Shown here one piece after another: positions 21,003 to 30,128 of a stretch of DNA of 38,720 bases (positions are counted from its first letter, which is position 1; every line of letters starts with the position of its first letter). This DNA comes from a virus, in IMG/VR virus record IMGVR_UViG_3300021963_000007; one strand, 5' to 3'. A program made the translations under genes and the position numbers. The notes under the pieces were generated by a model, which saw only the letters and a program-made list of their open reading frames with translations, did no database searches and was not told the origin of the DNA.

Positions 21003-22305
21003 CCTACTCGACCTATTCGGAGCCGATCCGTCCGGCTTACTGACCGCTGAGCAGCAACAGGGCTTGCAGAAACGCGCGTTGCTCAACGCTGGCCTGACAA
21101 TGATGGCCAACAGCGTCGGCCAGCCCGGGCAGGACCCCCGCTGGCTGCCGGCGATTGCGCAAAGCATCGGCGCCGGGCAGCAGGCCTACGCGACCGGGGC
21201 CGACGAGCAGGTCAAGGGCATGCTGACCGCGGCCAAACTGGCCGAGATGCGCCGCGCGCAGATGATGCAGGCGTTGGAGCTGCGCACGCTGTACCCAGAT
21301 GCCGCAGGAGCCACGGAGAGCCCGTCTGGCGCGTCTATGCTCTCCCCGGCGGCTACCGCACCTCTAGGCGCGCCTGCGGGGCCTGCGGGGCCTGCGGCAG
21401 CCGCAGGGGCTTCCGGGGCGCCCCCCGCGGGCACTCCGATGTCAGGCACCAAAGCCAAGGCTGAGCGCTACCGGCAGGCGGCACAGTTCGCCGCAATGCG
21501 CGGCGACAGTCCGGCCGCGGCGAACTACATGGCGATGGCGGACCGGCTAGACCCTGCCGAGAAGTTTGGGACCTCCACGCAGACAATGGTTGGCGCGGAC
21601 GGCAGGCCGGTTGCCGTGCAGGTGGGCGATCAAGGGACGTTGCGTCCTGTGCCGGGCTACACGCCGCAGGCAACGGTCCCCGGAGCTGTGCAGGCCTTCC
21701 GGCAGATTTACGGGCGCGACCCAACACAGGCCGACTTGCCCCAGCTTAAGCAGGTCGCCGAAAGCCTCAATTCTGGGACCGGCACAAGCGTCACCTTGCA
21801 GGCCGACCAAAAACTGTTTAGCAACGAGATGGACCTGCGCAAGGAGTTCCAAGGATTGCCGGTCGTCAAGGCATACGGCGCGCTGGCCGAGACCAAGGCG
21901 AAGATGGACACCCTGCTAGCAGACCCGAGCGGGGTTTCGGACCTCGGCGCCGCAACGATGTTTATGAAGATGCTGGACCCCGGCAGCGTGGTCCGTGAGT
22001 CCGAACTGGCGATGGCGATGCAGACCACCGGGCTGCTCGACAGCATGCAGAACTACTACACCAAGCTGAAAAACGGCGAGACGCTGAACCCGCAGCAGCG
22101 GGCTGAGTTCGCTGCCGTCACGCAGCGATTGTTCGACGCCGCGCAGCACGCCTACGCCCCCGTCGAACAGCAATACCGGCAACTGGCCGAAAGCTATGAC
22201 TTCACCCCCGGCCGGGTGGCGGTGCCCCCGGTGGGGGTCCCGAAAACAGTGCCGCCGGGTGAACGTCGGCCGCTTGAAGACATCTTCCAGAGGCCCCGCC
22301 AATGA
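20995..22305 (+). CDS. Virion internal protein candidate (436 aa)
   Basis: In-frame ATG 20995 of track ORF 20956..22305, overlapping the upstream stop by 8 nt. Confidence 0.6.
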   Translation: MASLLDLFGADPSGLLTAEQQQGLQKRALLNAGLTMMANSVGQPGQDPRWLPAIAQSIGAGQQAYATGADEQVKGMLTAAKLAEMRRAQMMQALELRTLYPDAAGATESPSGASMLSPAATAPLGAPAGPAGPAAAAGASGAPPAGTPMSGTKAKAERYRQAAQFAAMRGDSPAAANYMAMADRLDPAEKFGTSTQTMVGADGRPVAVQVGDQGTLRPVPGYTPQATVPGAVQAFRQIYGRDPTQADLPQLKQVAESLNSGTGTSVTLQADQKLFSNEMDLRKEFQGLPVVKAYGALAETKAKMDTLLADPSGVSDLGAATMFMKMLDPGSVVRESELAMAMQTTGLLDSMQNYYTKLKNGETLNPQQRAEFAAVTQRLFDAAQHAYAPVEQQYRQLAESYDFTPGRVAVPPVGVPKTVPPGERRPLEDIFQRPRQ

Positions 22306-24434
22306 CCCCGGAGCTTAACGCTCAGATCCAAGAGGCCCTCGCCGCGGGCTACGCGCCCGGCGACGTTGTCAATTTTCTGGCCAAGGGGGAGCTGGGCCCG
22401 CAGGTCAGTGAAGCCCTCACAAGCGGGCACAGCCCGGACGCGATTCTGGCCTATCTGGCCAAAGCCGGCGCTGCGCCAGCCGCGCCGTCCCCGCCGCCCA
22501 GCATGCTGGAGACCGCGGGGCAGTATGCAGGCCTTGCAGGCCGCGCTGCCGTGCAGGCCGCGCCCGGTGCGGTGCTGGGCCTTCCCGCGCTCACTATGGA
22601 CGCATACGGCTCGCTGCAAGCGCTGGCGGCCAAGGGCGCTAACGAGCTGTTCCCGACACTGACTCAGCAAGCGCTGGGCCGCCCTGCGCAGGCGCCGGAG
22701 CCGTTTGCGTACACCAAGATGCTGGCCGACGCCGGCGTGCAACTGGCAGACATGGCCGGATTACCGGAACCGCAGACCCCGGGCCAGCAGACCGCGTTGA
22801 CATACGCCACGCCGATTCTGGGCGCGGTGGGCGGTGCTGCGGCAGCCGGGAAAGTGGCCGCGATGACGGCTGGGACATCCGCGGCCCCCGTGTTCTCTGG
22901 GCTTGCAGAGGGCCCCATACAGCAGGCCGTTGGGGTGGGTGCGTCGACCGGCATGGCGCAGTATCTGGCGCAGCACCCCGAGGCCATGAAGGATTTAGGC
23001 GAGACCGGGGCCGGGCTGGCCATCATGGGCGCCGGTACGTTGGCCCCGGCAGCGACCGGCAACCTAGTAAACCGGGTGGCGACCCCGGTCAGGGCGATCA
23101 CAAACGCCGGCCAGCGCGCAGTTGCCGGAGGCGTGCTGAACAGTCTTGCGTCCGATCCGAGGCGCGCCCTGACCCAGCTTAACGCCAATCAGATGGAGAT
23201 CCTCCCGGGCTCCCGCATGACCACCGGAGAGGTCGCAGGAGACGCTGGGCTGGCCGGGGCGCAGCAGCCTATCCTCAAGGCCTTTGACGAGACGAACAAG
23301 GCCGGGCAGTTAGCGTCCCAGCGAAACGAGGCGCGCGTGGCCGAGCTCAATCGGCTGAGCGGCGCAAACATCAAACCGGGCGCCGCGGAGCTGCTGGCGG
23401 CTCAGGGCGGCCAGCCCGGGGTTCCGCTGATGACCACGGCAGAGTACGCCGCCGCCAAGCGCGACCTGACGGGCGCCGCGATGCGCGAGGAGGCTTTCGG
23501 CGGGTCCGCCAGAGCCGCCGCGCTGGAGGGCACTGGCTACGCTGGGGGCGCGCTGAATGAGGCGACGCGCACCGGGGTCGGGGCAGTGGTCGACCGGATC
23601 ATGCAAGGGTCCAAGGGGACCCGGTCCGACGTGCAGACCGCGCTCAACTGGGCGATGGGTCGGCTACAGCAAAACATCGACACGCCCGAGCGCTTGTACT
23701 CCATCCGCAAGGACCTGCGGGACGCATCGGTTGGCCGGTACTCGAAGGACGTGCCGTCGCTATCGTTGGCCAAGGGTGAGCTAGAGCAGGTTATCCGCGC
23801 GGTGGACGATGTAATTGAGGCCTCGGCGCCCGGCTACATGGCCTACATGCGCAAGTATTCGCAGACATCGAAAGCCATAAACCAGATGGAGATTTTTGAC
23901 CATCTGCGCCGGGCCGGCGAGTCCGCGGCTATTGACGTGACCAAGGCCGGCGGCGGGGCTCAGCAGTTCCCGATCATCATGGCGGGGAAGCTGCGCTCGG
24001 CAATTGAGAGGCTCCGCGGGACCGGCGAGCTGGACGCACTCACCGCCACTCAACAGCGAGTCCTCGACCGAGTTTTTAGCGACATCCGCAGCGAAATGAG
24101 TCTGAGCTCCGGCAGCCGGATCACCCGGCAGCCCGGGTCGGACACTTTCAAAAACATGACGATGGCCAACATCGTTGGGCAGGTAGTCGGCGACTACTTG
24201 GGCTCGACGCAGGCGGCCAAGACGGTCACCGCCCCGTTCCAGTGGCTTTACAAGATCCCGGAATCGAACGTGCAGGCTCTGCTGGTGGACGCGATGCTCG
24301 ACCCGAAACTTGCACGGCAACTGATGGGCGAGGCATCGAGCACAAAGGTGCTCAAGATGTCAGAGGCTTTGCAGCGGCGCGCTGTGGCCGCGGGCATGAT
24401 TCAATCGCAACAACAACTTCCCTTCGGCCCGTAG
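22302..24434 (+). CDS. Large internal virion / ejection protein candidate (710 aa)
   Basis: Track ORF with an ATGA overlap. It has a duplicated N-terminal motif (ALAAGYAPGDVVNFLAK and ALTSGHSPDAILAYLAK) and is A/G-rich. The size and position are typical of podovirus ejection proteins. Confidence 0.6.
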   Translation: MTPELNAQIQEALAAGYAPGDVVNFLAKGELGPQVSEALTSGHSPDAILAYLAKAGAAPAAPSPPPSMLETAGQYAGLAGRAAVQAAPGAVLGLPALTMDAYGSLQALAAKGANELFPTLTQQALGRPAQAPEPFAYTKMLADAGVQLADMAGLPEPQTPGQQTALTYATPILGAVGGAAAAGKVAAMTAGTSAAPVFSGLAEGPIQQAVGVGASTGMAQYLAQHPEAMKDLGETGAGLAIMGAGTLAPAATGNLVNRVATPVRAITNAGQRAVAGGVLNSLASDPRRALTQLNANQMEILPGSRMTTGEVAGDAGLAGAQQPILKAFDETNKAGQLASQRNEARVAELNRLSGANIKPGAAELLAAQGGQPGVPLMTTAEYAAAKRDLTGAAMREEAFGGSARAAALEGTGYAGGALNEATRTGVGAVVDRIMQGSKGTRSDVQTALNWAMGRLQQNIDTPERLYSIRKDLRDASVGRYSKDVPSLSLAKGELEQVIRAVDDVIEASAPGYMAYMRKYSQTSKAINQMEIFDHLRRAGESAAIDVTKAGGGAQQFPIIMAGKLRSAIERLRGTGELDALTATQQRVLDRVFSDIRSEMSLSSGSRITRQPGSDTFKNMTMANIVGQVVGDYLGSTQAAKTVTAPFQWLYKIPESNVQALLVDAMLDPKLARQLMGEASSTKVLKMSEALQRRAVAAGMIQSQQQLPFGP

Positions 24435-24446
24435 GAGACTGGCAGC

Positions 24447-26528
24447 ATGGCAAACGACTATTTTCGGCGGTACATGACCGGGCAGCAGAGCCTGCTCGAC
24501 GATGCGCTGTGGGCAGCACAGAACGGCCAAGTCCCGGCCGATATGGTCTCGATGTCGCCATCGCTGCGCGACCGGGCCACCGACTATTTGCGGGAGTCGT
24601 TCCCTAACAGCGGGTGGATACAGCGGCAGGCCCCCAACGTCGCCGGTCTGCTCGATTTTGTGCCGGGCGTGGGCAACGCGATGGGCGTGCAGGAGGGCTC
24701 GCAACTGGTTGACGAGGGCCTGTCCGCGCTAGAGCGCGGCGACTACCGCAGCGGGGCCATCAACTCCGCGCTGGGTGGCCTTGGCGTGATCGGTTCGATG
24801 ATCCCGGGCGGTGGCAAATCGGGCAAGGGCTCCAAAAAACTTGGCCGCTATCTCACTGGCGGGACCAAGGGCAACTACCGCGGCACCAATGCGTTCGGCG
24901 GGATCAACCCGCAAAAGTTGGGCGTGGCTCGGAGAAACTATTTAGCGGATGCGACGGCCGGTGCGGATGCGAGCAAGTACTGGTACGACGACACCAGCCG
25001 AGACCTGTTTAATCTGACTGGCCAACAGGTGCCTGATGCAGACAAGTTGGCCAATGTGATGGCCACCTACAGTTCGCGCACGCCAGTCGGCACGAACACC
25101 ATGTACGGGTTCAAGGGCTGGAATGAGGACCTCACCGGCATGCCGTTGACTGCTGGGGGATTCCCCAATGCGATGAACAAAAAAGTGAAGGCCATTATGT
25201 CCGGCGTCGAACCGGGAACATCAGGGCTAAAACGCGAGCCGTATGCCGAAGGTTTGTCAGTCAATTGGCGCCCGAATCCAAACATTCGGCCGACCAACGA
25301 CATCCATCAGGTGCGTGCATGGGGCGTGACAGATCCGAAAACAGGCAAACCGTGGAGCAAAGGTGTTGGCAAGGCCGGACATCAGTTTTTGGACGATCAA
25401 AGTGCATGGGCCGTTGAGCAGATGAACTTGCGCGCACAAGCTGCGGGCGAGCCGATGGATTGGAATAACTACCGATTGCAAGCGGCAGCGTGGGCCCCGC
25501 AGCGTTTCCGGGCTGGGCTTGCTCCGGATATTCAGTCTGCGGCCAAGCATTACGGTGACTTCATCGGAGAAAACTCCGGGCTGCTGACTCGCGAGTGGAC
25601 GCCCGGAGAAACATCCGGGCATTTGCCGGAGCTGCTGGGGATGCCGTTGGCGACCCGGCAGGCCTACGCTGATGCGCTGGAAGCCCCCGTGATTGGCCCC
25701 AATGGCATCGACAACATTGTGCGCGGGATGGGCCCGCTTAGCGCGCCAACGCTGCCTAATCTTGGTGTGTATGAGGGGAACATCAACCCGGGGTTTGTCT
25801 CTCAGGTCCCGGTGGGCAAACTCACAGGAACACAGCAGATTGATGCGGCCAGCGAAAAGGTGATGAATGCGGTGGCATCTGCGCATGGCTTGCTTGGGCT
25901 GCAAGACCAAGCGGCGTGGAATTACGCGGCCGGAAAGCCCTCCAATGTCTCGGCGGGGGCATATGATTTTGTCCGCCCCGGCGGCCCGTTATCGCCAGAT
26001 GAGCTGGCCCGGCTTCGCGAGAGAACTCAAGCGCTGGGGATCGACATGCCGATTGCGTCCCCGTCCGGTGCCCGTGTGTTGATGTTCGACGAAACGAAAC
26101 CAACTACCGCTCAACGGAAAAAACTGGCAAAGGAGCTACAGGCGGCCGGGGCCGAGTTTGGGGCCGAATTACAACCGCGGGTCATGTCGAGCAACATTAT
26201 TCCGGAAAACAAACCCGCGCCGGGACAGTGGTCGTCGAAACCGTACATCGCTGGCATTGAGGCCGCGGGTCCCCGTGTCGTGGAGAACTTTAACCGGACG
26301 ATGCAGACCATCGCGCCGGCTCAACTGGCCGCGACTGAGGCTTTCGCCAAGCAGCACGGCCTGACACAGGCGCCGTACTACCGGCCGATGATGGAGGCCC
26401 TGAGCACTGGCGGACTCGATGCGCTGAAGGCTCTGGTGGCTAAAGGCATTGTGCCGGTCACGGCCCTCTACATGGTGGGGCAGGCCATGACCGATTCGCA
26501 GGGTCAGGACACGGGAGCCGGGACGTAG
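24447..26528 (+). CDS. Large internal virion / ejection protein candidate (693 aa)
   Basis: Track ORF with a GGAG Shine-Dalgarno sequence. It is the last gene of the rightward structural block. No catalytic motif recognised. Confidence 0.6.
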   Translation: MANDYFRRYMTGQQSLLDDALWAAQNGQVPADMVSMSPSLRDRATDYLRESFPNSGWIQRQAPNVAGLLDFVPGVGNAMGVQEGSQLVDEGLSALERGDYRSGAINSALGGLGVIGSMIPGGGKSGKGSKKLGRYLTGGTKGNYRGTNAFGGINPQKLGVARRNYLADATAGADASKYWYDDTSRDLFNLTGQQVPDADKLANVMATYSSRTPVGTNTMYGFKGWNEDLTGMPLTAGGFPNAMNKKVKAIMSGVEPGTSGLKREPYAEGLSVNWRPNPNIRPTNDIHQVRAWGVTDPKTGKPWSKGVGKAGHQFLDDQSAWAVEQMNLRAQAAGEPMDWNNYRLQAAAWAPQRFRAGLAPDIQSAAKHYGDFIGENSGLLTREWTPGETSGHLPELLGMPLATRQAYADALEAPVIGPNGIDNIVRGMGPLSAPTLPNLGVYEGNINPGFVSQVPVGKLTGTQQIDAASEKVMNAVASAHGLLGLQDQAAWNYAAGKPSNVSAGAYDFVRPGGPLSPDELARLRERTQALGIDMPIASPSGARVLMFDETKPTTAQRKKLAKELQAAGAEFGAELQPRVMSSNIIPENKPAPGQWSSKPYIAGIEAAGPRVVENFNRTMQTIAPAQLAATEAFAKQHGLTQAPYYRPMMEALSTGGLDALKALVAKGIVPVTALYMVGQAMTDSQGQDTGAGT

Positions 26529-26543
26529 CTCAGTGACTGAGCT
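26527..26543. other. Hairpin AGCTCAG-TGA-CTGAGCT at the convergence point of the structural block and the leftward operon
   Basis: Perfect 7-bp stem overlapping both stop codons (TAG 26526-26528 on + and TGA 26530-26532 on -). There is no U-tract on either side. Confidence 0.35.
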
Positions 26544-26823
26544 CAGCAATGGTTTTACGACACCCGGCCAGCACTGAACGCAACGTCGACAGTTGCCACC
26601 GGAGCTGTCTCAGCTCGCCCTGCAAATGCAGGATGCGGAGATCCTCTGGCAGCTCCATGCTCTGGTGCTCGCGCGCAGTGGCGCAAAACGAGCGGATAGC
26701 GTGCCAGACGTACTCCGGCGCCGGGTCAAGCGACAGCACCGCCGGGTCGAGGCCAAGGTATTGCGCGGCTTCAGCCGGCGTAGTGCTGCATCGTGCCAGC
26801 AGGCGGGTCACTCGTGCGTCCAT
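26530..26823 (-). CDS. Hypothetical protein (97 aa; alternative start 26847)
   Basis: Frame of track ORF 26530..26847. The ATG at 26823 follows AAGGGGGA and overlaps the upstream TGA as TGATG. The C-terminal part looks helical (LQGELRQLRWQLSTLRSVL). Confidence 0.6.
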   Translation of the reverse strand: MDARVTRLLARCSTTPAEAAQYLGLDPAVLSLDPAPEYVWHAIRSFCATAREHQSMELPEDLRILHLQGELRQLRWQLSTLRSVLAGCRKTIAELSH

Positions 26824-27095
26824 CAGGTCCCCCTTTTTGCGCGCCATTTGCGCTGGTATTCGGTTGGTGTTCTAGGGTCGGGCTTGTCCGCGTCGGGCAG
26901 GGCGCCCAGCGCGAACACCGGCATCGGGTATTCGCGTTCGCCCTCGCGGTCCCAGCGCAGGACGTACAGCAGCCCCTCGTCTCGGGCGTTGGAAATCAGC
27001 CGGGCAATGGTGCGTGGTGAGCACGCAAGCACTGACCGGAGCTGGACCGAGGTCATCGGCCCATGTTGTTCGATGGCGGACAGGACGCGGCTCAT
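26823..27095 (-). CDS. Winged-helix DNA-binding protein candidate (90 aa)
   Basis: This is the C-terminal 90 codons of track ORF 26823..27773. The ATG at 27095 is preceded by GGAG. The sequence MSRVLSAIEQHGPMTSVQLRSVLACSPRTIARLISNARDEGLLYVLRW has a typical wHTH layout. The upstream 226 codons of the track ORF are Arg/Pro-rich shadow sequence. Confidence 0.6.
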   Translation of the reverse strand: MSRVLSAIEQHGPMTSVQLRSVLACSPRTIARLISNARDEGLLYVLRWDREGEREYPMPVFALGALPDADKPDPRTPTEYQRKWRAKRGT

Positions 27096-27157
27096 GGGTG
27101 GCTCCGTAGGTTCGCCCGGGCAGGCGCCCGGGGCTGGTGTAGTGACTGGCCGCCATC

Positions 27158-27883
27158 CTAACCGCAGGTGTGGTGCTCGACAATCACCGAGGTGATTTTC
27201 GGGCGCTGGATAATGGTCTGCGGGACCCCCTCGCGCTCGCCGTGCTCTTTGACCGTGGCCTTCATGGTGACGCGGGTGCCGGCCTTGGCCGCGACGGTCG
27301 AGTAATGGTTCTCCACATGCCCGGAGTACACGCCGCGGTACGCTTTGCCTTCGGCATCGCGGGCCAGTTCGCGGTAAACCCACACGACTTGCTGCTGTAT
27401 CTCGGCCGCACCCTTGTATACAACGATGTTCCCCGCCGCGTCGCGCATGATGTAGATGTAAGCGGTTTCCATGCGCGCGCCATAGCCGAAGCCGGGGCGC
27501 TCGAACGTGTGGACGTGCTGCACGGTCAGCTCGAAGTCCTGACGCTGGCCCACGACGCCGACGTGGCCTTTGTCGAGGTCCGCCGCGATGCGCTGGGCCT
27601 TGCGCTCGACCTTGTCTCGCTCGCGATACCAATCGTCGACCATCATCTGCTCGACGCAGGCGACCTGCTTTTCGGACAGTTTGCCGTACTGGTCGAGCGA
27701 CCCGGCCAGCTTGCCGCAAAACTCGTTGCGACCTTCGTTCTCGATCAGCCAGTCGGTGACGTGGTTGGCCCACGCGTTAAACGTCTTGCGGGCGTTCATC
27801 AGGATGTTGCGCTTCACGGCCGCGCCATATGCGGCTTCGTTTTCGATCCACTTCTGGCCGGGAATGGGGAAGCGATTGCTCAT
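27158..27883 (-). CDS. Hypothetical early protein (241 aa), possibly with a C-terminal beta-barrel/OB-like domain
   Basis: Track ORF. The ATG lies exactly 3 nt after CCGAGGACCCG (complement of 27887-27897). The amino-acid composition is balanced. No family recognised. Confidence 0.75.
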   Translation of the reverse strand: MSNRFPIPGQKWIENEAAYGAAVKRNILMNARKTFNAWANHVTDWLIENEGRNEFCGKLAGSLDQYGKLSEKQVACVEQMMVDDWYRERDKVERKAQRIAADLDKGHVGVVGQRQDFELTVQHVHTFERPGFGYGARMETAYIYIMRDAAGNIVVYKGAAEIQQQVVWVYRELARDAEGKAYRGVYSGHVENHYSTVAAKAGTRVTMKATVKEHGEREGVPQTIIQRPKITSVIVEHHTCG

Positions 27884-27910
27884 GTTCGGGTCCTCGGTGT
27901 TGGTTGCTAG

Positions 27911-27947
27911 ACCCCGCGGGCGGGGTTTCGGCCGGGTCCCCCCGGCC
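27911..27947 (-). other. Double stem-loop intergenic element, copy B: GGCCGGG-GGGA-CCCGGCC, then ACCCCG-CCCG-CGGGGT
   Basis: Read on the reverse complement. It has the same architecture, the same GGGA loop and the same GAAAC linker as copy A (2703-2741), with compensated base-pair differences. Confidence 0.7.
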
Positions 27948-27958
27948 TCATCAGTAGC

Positions 27959-28195
27959 TTAAAACGGGCAGTCCATATCGACCTCAACGTCGGCAGCTTC
28001 CCACGCCTCGCATTGTTCGTAAAAACCGTCATCTTCCGGGTGACGAACCGCCGGGCCGGCGTAAAACGGGTTAGCCTGCCACGTGTCGTAATCCGTGAGG
28101 ATCCACGCCTGTTCAGGGCGCTCGCGACCGACGTTGCAAGCGTACTCACGGCAGGCATCATCTTCAGTGGCCAGTTGGTCGTGCGGGTAATTCAT
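27959..28195 (-). CDS. Small acidic early protein (78 aa)
   Basis: Track ORF, with CCGAGGACCCG (complement of 28199-28209) 3 nt before the ATG. Strongly D/E-rich. Confidence 0.75.
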   Translation of the reverse strand: MNYPHDQLATEDDACREYACNVGRERPEQAWILTDYDTWQANPFYAGPAVRHPEDDGFYEQCEAWEAADVEVDMDCPF

Positions 28196-28226
28196 GTTCG
28201 GGTCCTCGGTGTTGGTTGGTTCGGTA

Positions 28227-28255
28227 ATTGTCTGCTAGTAGAGATTGCCTGTCAA
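28227..28255 (-). promoter_or_regulatory. Leftward sigma70-like promoter PL: TTGACA-17 nt-GACAAT
   Basis: On the minus strand the -35 is at 28255-28250 and the -10 at 28232-28227. The flanking GTGTTGAC and GGCAATCTCTAC strings are shared with P3. The -10-to-ATG distance (31 nt) matches P2 and P3 (32 nt). Confidence 0.55.
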
Positions 28256-28281
28256 CACTTTTGTAGAGGTTGCGCTACAGT
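28252..28281 (+). promoter_or_regulatory. Tentative rightward promoter PR: TCAACA-18 nt-TACAGT, its -35 overlapping the -35 of PL
   Basis: TACAGT at 28276-28281 resembles the TACACT -10 of P1-P3. The -35 is a weak match (4 of 6). Confidence 0.35.
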
Positions 28282-28305
28282 GGTCCTGCTTTCCCTCCCT
28301 ACCTT

Positions 28306-28331
28306 GCCCCGGGTCACACCGGGGCGCTTTT
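28306..28331 (+). terminator. Terminator-like leader hairpin GCCCCGG-GTCACA-CCGGGGC followed by GCTTTT, upstream of the replication operon
   Basis: 7-bp GC stem at 28306-28312 and 28319-28325, with T4 at 28328-31. It lies between the putative PR and the first replication gene. Confidence 0.45.
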
Positions 28332-28357
28332 AGGGCAACCGCGAAACCGAGGTAATT

Positions 28358-28834
28358 ATGAGAGTTCTGGGGATTGACCCGGGCGCGTCTGGCGCCATCG
28401 CACTGCTCGACACCGAGCAAAACACCATTGCCGTAATCGATATGCCATGCGTCGACATTCGCCGCGGCACGCGCAACGTGCGCCACGTTTCGGCGCAGGC
28501 GCTGTCGCTGGTCGTGGCCGCGCTCCAGCCGATTGACCACGCGGTCGTCGAGCGGGTCCACAGCATGCCCGGGCAGGGCGTCGCCAGCACGTTTGCCTTT
28601 GGCCGCGCGTTTGGCGTCTGCGAAGGCGTACTGGCCGGGGCCGGCGTGCGCTACACCGACGTGGCGCCAGCGACGTGGATGCGCGCCCTGCGCCTCACAG
28701 GCGGCAAGGACGCAGCGCGCCACATGGCGATGCAATTGTTCCCAACCGAAGCCGAGCGCTTCAGCCGCAAAAAGGACGACGGCCGCGCCGATGCGACCCT
28801 GCTGGCCGTCTATGGCGCGCGGGTGGTCGCATGA
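28358..28834 (+). CDS. RuvC-like Holliday-junction resolvase (158 aa)
   Basis: Track ORF with a GAGG Shine-Dalgarno sequence. It has the N-terminal MRVLGIDPGASGAIALL motif and the C-terminal DDGRADATLLAVYG acidic motif typical of phage RuvC-type resolvases. Confidence 0.8.
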   Translation: MRVLGIDPGASGAIALLDTEQNTIAVIDMPCVDIRRGTRNVRHVSAQALSLVVAALQPIDHAVVERVHSMPGQGVASTFAFGRAFGVCEGVLAGAGVRYTDVAPATWMRALRLTGGKDAARHMAMQLFPTEAERFSRKKDDGRADATLLAVYGARVVA

Positions 28835-30126
28835 GCGCGCCGCTGCTCTATCCGTATCAATACGAAGGAGCTAAATGGCTAGCCGCTCAGCGCTTTGCGC
28901 TGCTTGCCGATGGCATGGGCCTTGGCAAAACGCCGCAGGCCATCGCTGCCGCTCGCATGGCCGGAGCCCAGCAGACGGTCGTGCTCTGCCCGGCCATCGC
29001 CCGGACGATGTGGCGCCGCGAATGGGAGCGCTGGGGCGGCCCGGGCCAGCTCGATGTTTTTTCATACGACACCGCAGTCCGCAATCAGAGCTGCGAAATC
29101 CTGATGGCCACCGCGCGCCCTGACCTGCTGATCTGCGACGAGGCCCACTACCTTAAAAGCCGCACCAGCAAACGTACCAAGCTCGTCTATGGGGACCGCT
29201 GCGAGAACACGGGCATTGCGGCGCACGCGGGCCGCGTGTGGTTGCTCACCGGCACGCCTGCGCCCAACGATGTCGGCGAGCTCTGGCCACACCTGCGCGC
29301 ACTCTGGCCGCACCTGCTCAGCGGCGACAAAAGTTACATGTCGTACATCGGCGAATACTGCCGGTACATGTCGACGACCTACGGCATCCGCGTGCTGGGC
29401 AACAAGCGCGACAAGGTGGCCCGGTTGCGCGCGCTGCTGCACGACGTGATGCGACGCCGGCAGGTCGAGGATGTCTTGCCGGACTTGCCGCCGCTAATCT
29501 GGCAGCACCACACGGTCGACGTGGCCAAGATGTCGCCGGAGCTGCGCGCGGTCGAAGCTGAGCCGGCGACGCTGGCCGCGCTCGCGGTGCTCGGCAATCC
29601 AGACGCGGACCCGGCAGAGCTCGACGCGGTGGCGCTGTCCACGCTGCGGCGCCTGACGGGCGCGGCCAAGGCGCCCGCTGTGGCGGAGCAGATACGCGAC
29701 GAGCTGCGCGAAAACGCATACCGAAAAATCGTGGTTTTTGCGGTTCACAAGGACGTGCTCGCGGTGTTGCGCGACACGTTGGCCGAGTTTAGCCCGGCCT
29801 ACATCGATGGCTCGGTGCCGCAAACACAGCGCGCGGAGGCTATCGACCGATTCCAGACAGACCCGGCGTGCCGGGTGTTCGTCGGCCAGCTACAGGCCTG
29901 CGCCACCGCGGTGACGCTGCACGCAGCCTCGCAGGTCGCGTTTGTCGAGATGAGTTGGTCGCCTGCGGACAATTTGCAGGCGGCGAAGCGGGCGCATCGG
30001 ATCGGGCAGAGCCTGCCGGTTACGGTGCGGATGTTTGGGTTGGCCGGGTCCATTGACGACGCGGTCACCCGGGTGCTCGGCCGTAAGGTCAAGCAGGTAG
30101 ACGAAATAATCGAAAACGAGGTGTAG
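28831..30126 (+). CDS. SNF2/DEAD-like helicase (431 aa)
   Basis: In-frame ATG 28831 (ATGA overlap) of track ORF 28675..30126. Motifs present: LADGMGLGKT (motif I), LICDEAHYLKS (DEAH box), and the C-terminal helicase motif QAAKRAHRIGQ. Confidence 0.85.
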   Translation: MSAPLLYPYQYEGAKWLAAQRFALLADGMGLGKTPQAIAAARMAGAQQTVVLCPAIARTMWRREWERWGGPGQLDVFSYDTAVRNQSCEILMATARPDLLICDEAHYLKSRTSKRTKLVYGDRCENTGIAAHAGRVWLLTGTPAPNDVGELWPHLRALWPHLLSGDKSYMSYIGEYCRYMSTTYGIRVLGNKRDKVARLRALLHDVMRRRQVEDVLPDLPPLIWQHHTVDVAKMSPELRAVEAEPATLAALAVLGNPDADPAELDAVALSTLRRLTGAAKAPAVAEQIRDELRENAYRKIVVFAVHKDVLAVLRDTLAEFSPAYIDGSVPQTQRAEAIDRFQTDPACRVFVGQLQACATAVTLHAASQVAFVEMSWSPADNLQAAKRAHRIGQSLPVTVRMFGLAGSIDDAVTRVLGRKVKQVDEIIENEV

Positions 30127-30128
30127 AG

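Noticed and set aside
26823-27773. 316-aa minus-strand ORF taken at face value.
   Set aside because: It overlaps the 241-aa gene, which has the conserved initiation motif and a normal composition. Its N-terminal 226 codons are Arg/Pro/Gly-rich. Only the last 90 codons (26823..27095) look like a gene.
3403-28255. The inverted copies of promoter sequence (P3 versus PL) as recombination sites for the serine recombinase, inverting the whole structural block.
   Set aside because: The shared strings are short (GTGTTGAC, GGCAATCTCTAC) and are explained by promoter function. There is no dyad-symmetric crossover-site architecture, and a 25-kb inversion has no obvious rationale.
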